Below are positions 23,689 through 32,000 of a DNA stretch of 32,000 nt, one piece after another. The translations under genes were made by a program, and so were the position numbers. Under the pieces are notes generated by a model. It had not been told where the DNA came from. It was given only the letters and a program-made list of their open reading frames with translations, and ran no database searches. This DNA is from Candidatus Electrothrix sp. GW3-4 (GTDB lineage Bacteria > Desulfobacterota > Desulfobulbia > Desulfobulbales > Desulfobulbaceae): contig NZ_CP147990.1 of NCBI RefSeq assembly GCF_037902255.1, positions 3,840,001 to 3,872,000 on the forward strand, in the 5' to 3' direction. Each line of letters opens with the position of its first letter. The first letter of the stretch is position 1.

Positions 23689-24967
23689 TTCCCTCTAAGC
23701 GGCCATCGCCAAACGATTTCTTGGACGTGGCGGATAATCCATATTATTCAAGAGGTGCTCAAGAAGATTTCCATGTTCGGCCTCGAAAAACCTCAAAGCA
23801 GGGGTGGTATTATCCTCTCGTTTGATATGAACATTATGGATTACCGTCTGTGCCTGTAAATGTGAATCGCTCAGCCTATGTATTCCGTGATGTCGAAGTG
23901 ACAACTGAGCGTTTCTTCCCTTGACACAGGAACTTGACCTCTGGAAAAATTGAGCGCACTCTTTAGCGCTTTGTATCAGGGATGCCGTTTTTTCTGGATT
24001 GATCCCTGATATCAATCCGTCGTGTTGACCGATAATTGAAAGTAGTTCGGCTGATTGCTGTTGAATCAGCTCCTTTCTGACCTTATCCTTTTCTTTTTCC
24101 GCAACGAAAGAAAGATAGAAACCGGGAATCAGTCGATCCTTCAGCAGTATTTTTTCTTCACCGGAAAAATCTTTATTTTCGAGATGTTGATCCACCATTG
24201 TCCAAAAGAAGGCTATGGTGGAAACTAAATTGGCCACAACCTTATACGCTTTTTTTACATGATCGCGACATTTCCCGGAAAGACCGGCTGCCGCTTTATT
24301 TATTTCGGAAAAGCAGGAGTCCAGGAGGCTCTCTACCGTAGAAGGGTCCTGCCTTTCTCCTGTTATGGGATCATAAGGGTGATAAATATGCCCGATCCTC
24401 TTTCTCGCCGCACAGATGGTTTCCTGGTTTTCACGAGCTTTCAGCAGTTCCGCCTCCGCACTTTTTCTTTGTTTTTCAGCAAGGTTAACCTTTTTTGCAA
24501 AACCCGGTCTCCTGCCTCTCGGGCGACGCTCCCGTGAATCGTAACAATGCATTTCTTCTTTTATTTTATCTGCTTATTTCTCTGCTTATTTCTCTGCCGA
24601 TTGAAAAGCTTTTTCCGCTCTTCTGATCTTCGAAGCAAGCGGCCCGGAAGTTCCTTTGCCTATATCGTGAGATACATGAAAAATATCCGACGAATGATGA
24701 ACCCCTTTATCGAGGAATGAAGCCGGTTGTGATTATTTCCTCTTACTTTATCTGGAGAAATTTGATATTGCGTGGCCATAGCTGCTTGTTTTTGTTGGTT
24801 TGTTCTTTGGTTGGGAAAAACCTAATACAAAATCAAGCAGCTTTCATCTATCTTATTCTTCTAAAAAAATATTTTTTTCACAGGCCACTTTCTCCAAAAA
24901 ATAGAAAGCTCCAAGAGGATTGAGCTGTACTTTGGCAGTACAATATTGGCCGAACTTAGAACCAAGC
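23667..24967 (-). mobile_element. IS-like element remnant (1301 bp) bounded by 23-bp imperfect inverted repeats
   Basis: Left gcttggttctaacttcggccaat (23667-23689) versus the reverse complement of 24945-24967, gcttggttctaagttcggccaat: 22/23 identical. Both read inward. The element encloses the transposase-like ORF. I saw no flanking direct repeat. Confidence 0.45.
23695..24552 (-). pseudogene. transposase-like protein, apparently the C-terminal portion only (285 aa)
   Basis: FQRSSSCVKGRNAQLSLRHHGIHRLSDSHLQAQTVIHNVHIKREDNTTPALRFF resembles the C-terminal SSxxEGxNxxL...HN...R.DG.T.A.RFF signature of some DDE-transposase-associated families. I recall DUF6399-type annotations but cannot verify that. 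The about 390 bp between its start and the right IR holds only short broken frames on the same strand (e.g. MATQYQISPDKVRGNNHNRL..., ...GKGTSGPLASKIRRAEKAFQSAEK*). Confidence 0.45.
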
Positions 24968-25059
24968 CCTTAATTTTATCAGCTTGTTTTTCATCAAGCT
25001 GATACTCTATTCGCAATTACAGCATGTTGAAAGGGAAATTTTATAATTTCCTATACAGT

Positions 25060-25097
25060 AAAAAAAGAGGAACCAGCGGGTTGAATGCTGGTCCCTC
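25060..25097 (-). terminator. rho-independent terminator of the RND efflux operon
   Basis: The minus-strand transcript reads GAGGGACCAGC-auucaaccc-GCUGGUUCCUC followed by UUUUUUU. That is an 11-bp stem with one G-U pair. It lies 24 nt after the OMF stop, and a smaller GGAGAC/GUCUCC hairpin precedes it. Confidence 0.7.
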
Positions 25098-25120
25098 CTC
25101 AGGAGACGGAGGAGGTCTCC

Positions 25121-26536
25121 TTATTTCTTGTCGTCCTTCTTGCTCTCCTGCCCACCCCCTAACACCGTGTACAGGCTAACCTGATTGGCCAACCGGGCCA
25201 GACGAAGGGAGATCACGGCCTGCTGCTGGCCATAGAGGGAGCGGTGGGCATCCAGCACACTGAGGTAGCTGTCCAGCCCCATGGTATAGCGTTTATCCGA
25301 GAGCTCATAGGTGGCCTGGGCTGATTCCACCAGGGCCTCCTGGGCAGCCAGCTGCTCGCTGATCGTGCCCTGCACGGCCAAGGCATCTGCCACCTCCTGA
25401 AAGGCGGTCTGCACGGTCTTTTCATACTGGGCTAACAGGATCTTCTGATCTATCTTACTGATCTTCAACGCCGACCAGACCCGGCTGTCAAAGATGGGGA
25501 TCTGGACCTCCGGGACAAAGCTCCAGATCCCGGTACCAGAGCTGAACAACCTGCCCAAATCATCACTGGCCGTACCTGCGGAGGCGGTCAGCGAGATCCG
25601 GGGAAAGACCGCAGCCCGGGCTGCGCCAATAGAGGCATAGGCCCCCTTAAGCTTATGCTCTGCTGCCACAATATCCGGCCGATTGAGCAGCACCACTGAA
25701 GGCAGGCCAGGATCGATCTCCTTGAGCGCAGCCACAGAGTTCAATTGATCGGGAAGGAATTTTCCCGGCACCGGCGCACCGACCAGCAGGTTCAGGGCAT
25801 TCCGATCCTGGGCCACCATCTGAGTGAAGCGGGGCACATCCCGCCGGGCCGCCTCCACCTCGGTCCGGGCCCGACGCAGATCAAGCTCAGTGGCCAAGCC
25901 GTTTTCATAGCTCTTACCGATCAGGTCATACGAGTCCTGCTGACTCTTGAGCGTCGCCTGGGCCAGTTTGAGGTTTTCCTGGTCTGCAGCCAGAGTGAGA
26001 TAGGCCGTGGCCACTTGGCTGATCAGGACCAGCTCCGCGCTGCGGTGGGCCTCCTCAGTGGCCAGATATTCCTCCAGGGCCTGATCGGTCAGGCTACGGA
26101 TGCGACCAAAGAAGTCCAGCTCCCAGGAGGGAATCTCCGCCTTGAGGCTATACTTCTCGCTGGAGCGTGGCTGGCCTTGTTCGACCAGGTCAGCAGAGAA
26201 GCGTTGTTTATCCAGGCTGCCGCTCCCATCAACAGCGGGAAAGATACCGGTGCGGTGCACGCCGTACATGGCCTGGGCCCGTTCCACATTCAGGGCCGCC
26301 ACCCGCAGATCGCGGTTATTGGCCAAGGCCAGCTTGATGACCTTACGCAGCTTGGCATCGCTAAAAAACTCCTGCCAGGAAATACCTCTGATCTGTTCCC
26401 CTTGCTGCTCCTTATAGGCATCGCCCTGGGGCCATTCTGCCGGAACCGGGTCTTTCGGTCGCTCATATTGGGGGGCCATGGTGCAGCCACCAGACAAAAG
26501 CAGGGTGGCCAGGGCCAGAATCTGTAGCTTGTTCAT
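25121..26536 (-). CDS. RND efflux outer-membrane factor lipoprotein (NodT family)
   Basis: Lipobox LLLSGG|C, and two TolC-like repeats with typical NNRDLRVA and LDLRRARTEVEAAR helices; 471 aa. Its start overlaps the RND pump stop by 4 nt (ATGA). Confidence 0.9.
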   Translation of the reverse strand: MNKLQILALATLLLSGGCTMAPQYERPKDPVPAEWPQGDAYKEQQGEQIRGISWQEFFSDAKLRKVIKLALANNRDLRVAALNVERAQAMYGVHRTGIFPAVDGSGSLDKQRFSADLVEQGQPRSSEKYSLKAEIPSWELDFFGRIRSLTDQALEEYLATEEAHRSAELVLISQVATAYLTLAADQENLKLAQATLKSQQDSYDLIGKSYENGLATELDLRRARTEVEAARRDVPRFTQMVAQDRNALNLLVGAPVPGKFLPDQLNSVAALKEIDPGLPSVVLLNRPDIVAAEHKLKGAYASIGAARAAVFPRISLTASAGTASDDLGRLFSSGTGIWSFVPEVQIPIFDSRVWSALKISKIDQKILLAQYEKTVQTAFQEVADALAVQGTISEQLAAQEALVESAQATYELSDKRYTMGLDSYLSVLDAHRSLYGQQQAVISLRLARLANQVSLYTVLGGGQESKKDDKK

Positions 26537-29500
26537 GCGGACTGTACCTCCGGTTTGTTGGGAGCATCAAGTTTCTTTGCAGGCTGCTGCTTATCCTTTT
26601 TTCCGCCAAAGAGCTGGGAGACCAGGACAAAGAAGAGCGGGATAAAGATCAGATCGATAAAGGTGGCCGAGAGCATCCCACCGCAGACCGCTGTGCCCAG
26701 GGCATTCATCGCCCCTGCGCCTGCGCCCCCGGCAACGGCCAGGGGCAGGACGCCAAAGAAGAAGGCCAGGGAGGTCATCATGACTGGCCGAAACCGGGTC
26801 TTGACCGCATCCAGGGTGGCCTCGGTCAGGCCCTGGCCCACGGCCAGCCGTTCCTTGATGAACTGGATGATCAGAATGGCGTTCTTGGTGGACAGCCCCA
26901 TAGTCGTCAAAAAGCCGATCTGGAAATAGACATCATTGGGCATACCGCGCAGCGAAGAGGCAACAATGGCCCCGAACACCCCCAGCGGCAACATCAACAG
27001 GTTGGCAAAAGGGATGGTCCAGCTCTCGTACAGGGCGGCCACGCAGAGGAAGATGACAAAGATAGAAAAGGCGTAGAGGATCGGCCCCTGCTTGGTGGCC
27101 ATTTTCTCCTGATAAGAGAGACCGCTCCAGTCAAAGCTGATGCCCTGCGGCAACCTGCTCACCAGCTCCTCCATGGCTGCCATGGCCTCACCGGTACTGT
27201 GACCAGGTGCAGGCTGTCCCTGGATATTCATGGACGGAAAGGCATTATAGCGTTGCAGCGATGGTGACCCGAGGCTCCAACGGCCTGTGGCAAAGGCGGA
27301 AAAGGGCACCATCTTACCTTCCGTATTACGGACATAGAGCCGTTCCATGTCCTGAGGCAGGCGACGATAGGAGGCATCGGCCTGGACATAGACCTTTTTG
27401 ACCCGGCCTGCCTGGATGAAGTCGTTGACGTAGCTGCTGCCAAAGGCGGTGGCCAGGGTGCTGTGGATGGAACTGAGCGGCACACCCAAGGCACCGGCCC
27501 GGTCCCAATTCACGTCCACCCGGTATTCCGGGGTGTCCATCATCCCGTTGGGCCGAACCCCCATCAGACGTGGATCCTGGGCCGCCATCCCCAACAGCTG
27601 GTTACGGGCTGCGGCCAACTTCTCATGGCCCAGACCGCCCCGGTCCTGAAGCTGAAAATCAAAACCATTCGCCATACCCAATTCGATTACCGGCGGCGGC
27701 GGAAAGGCAAAGACCATGGCCTCCTTGATCTGGGACAGGGCCCCCATGGCCCGGCCAGCAATGGGCTTGACCTTGAGGTCCGGTCGCTGCCGTTCCTCCC
27801 AGTCCTTGAGTTTGATAAAGCACATGGCCAGATTCTGGCCCTGGCCGCTGAAGTTACGGCCGGAGATGGTCATGGCGTTCTTGACCGCCTCTGCTTCGTG
27901 CTCCAGGAAGTAGTTGCGCACCTTGGTCACCACCGCCTCGGTCTGCTCCAGGGTGGAACCGGGAGGCAGCATGATCTGGACCAACACCATACCTTGGTCC
28001 TCGTCCGGGATATAGGAGGTGGGCATCCGCTGCAGGAGAAATCCGGCCAAAGCCAGAATCAACAGGTAACAGACCAGGAAGAGGGCCTTGGTACGCAGGG
28101 AAAAGGCGACAAAGCGCACGTAGAGGCTGCGGATGCCGCCGAAGAAGAACTCGAACACGGCAAAGAAGGGGCGCATAAAGAAGATGGCGTTTTCCGACGG
28201 CGCATGTCCGGCCTTGACCGGTTTCAGGAAGGAGGCGCAGAGGACCGGAGTGAGGATCAGAGCCACCAGCACGGAGAGGAGCATAGCCGTAATCAGGGTG
28301 ACAGAGAACTGGCGGTAGAGGACCCCCGTAGAGCCGGGGAAAAAGGCCATGGGCCCGAAGACGGCGGACAGGACCAGGCCGATCCCGATCAGGGCACTGG
28401 TGATCTCGTCCATGGACTTAGCTGTGGCCTCCTTGGGCGGCAGGCCCTCCTCACTCATGATCCGCTCCACGTTCTCCACCACCACAATGGCATCGTCCAC
28501 CAAGAGACCGATAGCCAGGACCATGGCAAACATGGTCAGCATGTTGACCGAATACCCCGCAAAACCGAGCACGGCAAAGGTGCCCAACAGGACCACAGGC
28601 ACGGCAATGGTGGGAATAATCGTCGCCCGAATATTACCCATGAACACGTACATGATGATGAAGACCAGGATAATGGCCTCGAACAGGGTCTTGATCACCT
28701 CATCAATGGAGACCTTGGTAAAGGGGGTGGTGTCGTAGGGATAGATCACCTTCATGCCCGGCGGAAAGAACCGGCTCATCTCCTCCAGCTTCTCCTTGAT
28801 CGCCGTGGCCGTTTCCAGGGCATTGGCTCCGGCAGCCTGGCGCACCGCCATCCCAGCGGCAGGCCTGCCATTGCTCTTGACGATGGAGTCGCTGCGCTCA
28901 ATGGCCAGCTCAGCCCGACCGATATCCTTAATTCGCACGGCAGAGCCGTCCTGATTGATGCGGATGGGCACCTCGGTAAATTCTTCCGGTGTTTCGAGAA
29001 GGTGCTGGACCACAATGGGCGCGTTGAGCCGCTGCCCCTCTGCGGCTGGCGTACCACCCAGCTGGCCAGCAGAGACCTCTACGTTATAGGAGCGCAGGGC
29101 CGCCATTACATCGGCAAAGGTGAGGCTGTAGCTGGTCAGTTTGTCCGGGTTGATCCAGATCCGCATGGCATACTGGGAACCAAAGGGCTGCACCTCACCG
29201 ACCCCGGGAATCCGGGCCAGGACTTTTTCCAGATTGGATTGGGCATAGTCCTGGAGGTCGTTGCTGTCCATGCTGCCGTTTTCCGAGATCAGGGCCGGGA
29301 TGAGCAACCAGTTACGGGTGGACTTGCTCACCTGCACCCCGGAGCGCTGGACCACATCCGGCAGGCTGGCCAGGGCCAGCTGGAGCTTGTTCTGCACCTT
29401 GGCCCAGGCCAGATCCGGATCAGTGCCAGCGGCAAAGGTCAGCTCCACCCGAGAGGAACCCGAGGACGAGCTGCTGCCGGAGAGGTAGATCATATCGTCC

Positions 29501-29718
29501 AGCCCGGTCATCTTCTGTTCCACGATCTGGGTGACCGTATTCTCCACGGTCTCCGCAGATGCGCCGGGAAAGAAGGCATCAATGGCAATGGCGGGTGGGG
29601 CAATAGGTGGATACTGGGCAATGGGCATCTGGTGGATAGCCAGTGCGCCCAGCGTCATGATAATAATGGCAATAACCCAGGCAAAGACGGGTCGGTCAAG
29701 AAAAAATTTCGAGAGCAT
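26533..29718 (-). CDS. RND multidrug efflux permease (HAE1, AcrB/MexB-like), 1061 aa
   Basis: MLSKFFLDRPVFAWVIAIIIMTLGALAI..LPIAQYP, GLLVDDAIVVVENVERIM and KNAILIIQF are classic AcrB-family segments. Expected 12-TM architecture and length. Confidence 0.97.
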   Translation of the reverse strand: MLSKFFLDRPVFAWVIAIIIMTLGALAIHQMPIAQYPPIAPPAIAIDAFFPGASAETVENTVTQIVEQKMTGLDDMIYLSGSSSSSGSSRVELTFAAGTDPDLAWAKVQNKLQLALASLPDVVQRSGVQVSKSTRNWLLIPALISENGSMDSNDLQDYAQSNLEKVLARIPGVGEVQPFGSQYAMRIWINPDKLTSYSLTFADVMAALRSYNVEVSAGQLGGTPAAEGQRLNAPIVVQHLLETPEEFTEVPIRINQDGSAVRIKDIGRAELAIERSDSIVKSNGRPAAGMAVRQAAGANALETATAIKEKLEEMSRFFPPGMKVIYPYDTTPFTKVSIDEVIKTLFEAIILVFIIMYVFMGNIRATIIPTIAVPVVLLGTFAVLGFAGYSVNMLTMFAMVLAIGLLVDDAIVVVENVERIMSEEGLPPKEATAKSMDEITSALIGIGLVLSAVFGPMAFFPGSTGVLYRQFSVTLITAMLLSVLVALILTPVLCASFLKPVKAGHAPSENAIFFMRPFFAVFEFFFGGIRSLYVRFVAFSLRTKALFLVCYLLILALAGFLLQRMPTSYIPDEDQGMVLVQIMLPPGSTLEQTEAVVTKVRNYFLEHEAEAVKNAMTISGRNFSGQGQNLAMCFIKLKDWEERQRPDLKVKPIAGRAMGALSQIKEAMVFAFPPPPVIELGMANGFDFQLQDRGGLGHEKLAAARNQLLGMAAQDPRLMGVRPNGMMDTPEYRVDVNWDRAGALGVPLSSIHSTLATAFGSSYVNDFIQAGRVKKVYVQADASYRRLPQDMERLYVRNTEGKMVPFSAFATGRWSLGSPSLQRYNAFPSMNIQGQPAPGHSTGEAMAAMEELVSRLPQGISFDWSGLSYQEKMATKQGPILYAFSIFVIFLCVAALYESWTIPFANLLMLPLGVFGAIVASSLRGMPNDVYFQIGFLTTMGLSTKNAILIIQFIKERLAVGQGLTEATLDAVKTRFRPVMMTSLAFFFGVLPLAVAGGAGAGAMNALGTAVCGGMLSATFIDLIFIPLFFVLVSQLFGGKKDKQQPAKKLDAPNKPEVQSA

Positions 29719-29752
29719 CAGGAGCTCCTTTCAGTGCTTGTCTGGAATGGGA

Positions 29753-29771
29753 ATGAACCTCTGAGGTTCAT
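29753..29771. promoter_or_regulatory. 19-bp perfect palindrome ATGAACCTC-T-GAGGTTCAT upstream of the RND pump RBS
   Basis: Arms 29753-29761 / 29763-29771 were checked by eye. It lies 35 nt upstream of the pump ATG (29718), whose SD AAGGAG is at about 29724-29729. Confidence 0.3.
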
Positions 29772-29872
29772 CCTGTTTTTTATTGGGCAGACACGCAGGT
29801 CTGCCCCTTGTATTATAAAATTGCTCCGATGTGCTGCGTTCTTCCTGCCGTCAAAGGCGAAAAACAGCAACC

Positions 29873-30100
29873 AAGGATGGTTTTATCGATGTTGAGGGCC
29901 GAAGAACGGCCCCGCAGGGCGGTTCAACGGCTCTCGGGTGCCGTTGAAGCATACCAGAGGTATGGTTTTATCTATCGGCGGATAGGCTGAACCATACCCA
30001 GGGATACCTTTTACCTCTCGCCGGATAGGTCGAACCATACCCGAGGTATGGTTTTTCCTCTCAGCGGAGAGCTTGAAGGTATCCGGTGAGAGGTTCTTGA
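29873..30100 (-). repeat. Dispersed structured repeat, composite copy B (core 29989-30042)
   Basis: GGTATGGTT lies at 29959-29967 and 30045-30053, and AACCATACC at 29990-29998 and 30033-30041. This includes a perfect hairpin AACCATACC-CGA-GGTATGGTT (30033-30053). An internal direct repeat tcg(g/c)cggatagg(ctg/tcg)aaccataccc is 22/25 identical, at 29975-29999 and 30018-30042. The core is 44/54 identical to 305-358 in inverted orientation. Confidence 0.6.
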
Positions 30101-30134
30101 GAATCTTGTATAGGGGTAATCACTCAACTCTTTC

Positions 30135-31493
30135 TCAATGCCCTGCCCCATCCTTCTTTGGTGGAGCACCACCACCCTGCGGTTTCGCACCAAAAGGCGT
30201 GGCATTGACCACCGTGCCGGGACGGAGCATCAGCAGGCCCTCGACAATCACCTTGTCGCCTGGCGCAAGTCCTTTCGTAACCAGCCATTTATCCTCAATG
30301 GCCCGCTCCAGGACCAAGGGCCGATATTCGGCCTTGCTCTCCCCACTGACCACCAGGGCAAAGGGATCACCCTTGGAGTTACGGGACACGCCCTGCTGTG
30401 GCACCATAAGGGCCTGCTCCCGGACCCCCTCCTGGATCACGGTACGGACAAACATACCCGGCAGGAGTATCCGATCCGGATTAGGAAAAACCGCCCGCAG
30501 GGTGACAGAGCCCGTAGTCGGATCAACAGTCACATCACTGAACTGGAGGGTACCGTCCTGCGGATAAGCAGTGCCGTCTTCCAGCAGGAGTTTCACTGTA
30601 TTTTGCTCCTCACCCCCCTCTTGCAGACCCTCATTTCGCAAAGAAAGCATCTTGGTTGCTGCCTGGGGCACATCGGCATAGATGGGATCCAGTTGTTGGA
30701 TAATGGACAGTGGCCTCGCCTGATAGGCCGTGACCACGGCCCCTTCGGTCACGTTAGAGATGCCGATCCGACCCGAGATCGGGGCGGTGACCTTGGTGTA
30801 GCCAAGATTGATCCGGGCGGTCTTCACTGCCGCCTCTGCCTGCTGGACTGCGGCCTGGGCAGCGGCAATTGCACTGCGGCTGCTCTCCACCTGGGCTTGG
30901 GCGGATGCCAAGTCAGCCTCGGCCACAACAGCCCCGGTTGCGGCTTGATCGCGCTGGGCCGCAGAGACGATCTTTTGCTTAAAGGACTGCTCATAGCGTT
31001 TACTGTCAGATTGGGCCAGGGAAAGCTTGGCCTTGATCCGACCGATATCTGCCTGACTCGCTCTCAGTGCAGCTTTGGCTCGGTCCACCGCCTTTTTTGA
31101 GGCCAAAAGATTAGCTTCGGCATTATCCAGGGCGGCCTGAAAGGAAGACGGATCAAGCCGGTAGAGGATATCACCTGCCTTGACATCAGATCCCTCTGTA
31201 AAAAGGCGTTCCAGGATAATACCACTGACCTGGGGACGAATCTCTGCGGTGCGGAAGGCCGAGGTACGGCCTGGCAACTCGTTGGTCAACACGACCTGCT
31301 GCGGCTGCATGGTAATAAAAGACACGGCCGGGGCTGGCCGCTGGTGCCCTGCACCCTGCTGTTCCTTCTTTCCTGCAAACAGACCGGTCAGCTTGTGCAG
31401 CCAACCAGCCTGCTGCCCTTGCTCACAGCCGGACAGGAAAAGGCCAGCGAACAGGGCCAGGAACAAGAGGCTCCATGTACGTACAGTCTTCAT
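30135..31493 (-). CDS. RND efflux periplasmic adaptor (membrane fusion protein), lipoprotein, 452 aa
   Basis: Lipobox FLSG|C. It has the coiled-coil hairpin (AALDNAEANL...AQAQVESSRSAIAAAQAAVQQAEAAVKTARINLGYTKVTAPISGRIG) and beta-barrel segments typical of AcrA/MexA-type MFPs. Confidence 0.9.
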   Translation of the reverse strand: MKTVRTWSLLFLALFAGLFLSGCEQGQQAGWLHKLTGLFAGKKEQQGAGHQRPAPAVSFITMQPQQVVLTNELPGRTSAFRTAEIRPQVSGIILERLFTEGSDVKAGDILYRLDPSSFQAALDNAEANLLASKKAVDRAKAALRASQADIGRIKAKLSLAQSDSKRYEQSFKQKIVSAAQRDQAATGAVVAEADLASAQAQVESSRSAIAAAQAAVQQAEAAVKTARINLGYTKVTAPISGRIGISNVTEGAVVTAYQARPLSIIQQLDPIYADVPQAATKMLSLRNEGLQEGGEEQNTVKLLLEDGTAYPQDGTLQFSDVTVDPTTGSVTLRAVFPNPDRILLPGMFVRTVIQEGVREQALMVPQQGVSRNSKGDPFALVVSGESKAEYRPLVLERAIEDKWLVTKGLAPGDKVIVEGLLMLRPGTVVNATPFGAKPQGGGAPPKKDGAGH

Positions 31494-31514
31494 AGTTACT
31501 CCAGGTAATATTCT

Positions 31515-32000
31515 TTATATATCAGAAGTGGTAGAGGCTTCAGGTGCCAAGAGCCCCTGAAAGAAAATATCCAAAATAGTATCCGGGGAGGTGGGATAGG
31601 AATCCCTCCTTTCCAGCCAATTAGAGAGAAAGGCATTACAGAGGCTATCCATTGCCAGGGCCAGGTGACAGGGCGTGGCAATCTGCTGAAAGCGCCCCTT
31701 CTCCATCCCCTGGGCAAAAACAGCAGCAACACGTTGGATCATCTGATGATGCCGCTCCCGCAACTCTTTGTCCAGGCCCGCCTTAATATTAAAGCTTGCC
31801 CCCCGTGTTTCAGCAAAATAGAGGCGGATAAAGGTGTCGTTACTCATAAAGACCTCTCCCTTGACCCGGATGTACGTGCGCAACTGCTCAATCTCGTCTT
31901 CTGATGAACCCAGGGCTGCGCTCAGGGCCTGATGGAACCGCTCTGCCTGTTCGGTAATCAGGGCCTTGTACATATCTTCCTTGTTTTTGAAAAACTTGTA
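31515..32000 (-). CDS. TetR/AcrR-family regulator, C-terminal part; continues off the right edge
   Basis: The frame stays open to the window edge. The reverse complement of the last bases reads YKFFKNKEDMYKALI..., the end of a TetR HTH (FxxKEDLY). It is followed by a helical ligand-binding-type domain. The stop is 21 nt before the MFP start. Confidence 0.8.
   Translation of the reverse strand, partial: YKFFKNKEDMYKALITEQAERFHQALSAALGSSEDEIEQLRTYIRVKGEVFMSNDTFIRLYFAETRGASFNIKAGLDKELRERHHQMIQRVAAVFAQGMEKGRFQQIATPCHLALAMDSLCNAFLSNWLERRDSYPTSPDTILDIFFQGLLAPEASTTSDI

Noticed and set aside
29785-29806. GGGCAGAC/GTCTGCCC hairpin as a terminator between the MFP and pump genes
   Set aside because: On the operon (minus) strand it is followed by an A-run, not a U-run. 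Termination here would also silence the pump and OMF genes, which have no obvious promoter of their own.
27463-29895. 810-aa plus-strand ORF. Similar long plus-strand ORFs lie at 6946-7788, 8988-9824, 14854-15738, 17460-18407, 25745-26527 and 30138-31100.
   Set aside because: Each lies antisense to a minus-strand gene with unmistakable family motifs (RND pump, radical SAM, ftsZ, murG, murD, OMF, MFP). Their translations are H/G/R/D/Q/P-rich with no recognisable motifs. They are shadow ORFs, as expected opposite codon-biased genes.
30011-30205. 64-aa minus-strand ORF and 60-aa plus-strand ORF (29808-29990) in the efflux intercistronic gap
   Set aside because: Both run through the hairpin and repeat modules. 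One overlaps the MFP 3' end. Their sequences are arginine-rich and typical of translated repeats.

Overview
Chromosomal window from a diderm (Gram-negative) bacterium. Almost everything from about 2985 to the right edge is transcribed on the minus strand. The taxon cannot be established without a database search. Gene content and order loosely suggest a deltaproteobacterial / Desulfobacterota-type genome, but that is a guess.

Core genes:
- partial galE at the left edge
- a YbeD-like DUF493 gene and ispH
- a B12-binding-type radical SAM gene
- a partial division/cell-wall (dcw) cluster: murD-[insert]-murG-murC-murB-ftsQ-ftsA-ftsZ
- a CPA1 cation/proton antiporter, a ZIP metal transporter and yjdM/phnA
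- a tripartite RND efflux operon (TetR, MFP, RND pump, OMF lipoprotein)

Three lower-GC accessory patches stand out:
1. 2985-6730: a four-gene envelope locus. It encodes a secreted Q/N-rich repeat protein, a second small secreted protein, a CsgG-like lipoprotein fused to a peptidoglycan-binding-like domain, and a translationally coupled omptin-like barrel. This is my best candidate for an undescribed export or surface-fibre system.
2. 15838-17282: a GH5 glycoside hydrolase plus a 66-aa ORF sit exactly where ftsW normally lies between murD and murG.
3. 21521-25100: a membrane protein with a 54-bp-repeat acidic tail, orphan ORFs, a perfectly phased 11 x 21-bp tandem array, and a decayed IS-like element bounded by 23-bp inverted repeats.

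A structured dispersed repeat built on GGTATGGTT/AACCATACC occurs twice. One copy lies inside an unusual 416-bp gap between the MFP and RND pump genes.

All family calls come from motif recognition by eye, and no searches were run. The long plus-strand ORFs opposite the minus-strand genes are treated as shadow ORFs.
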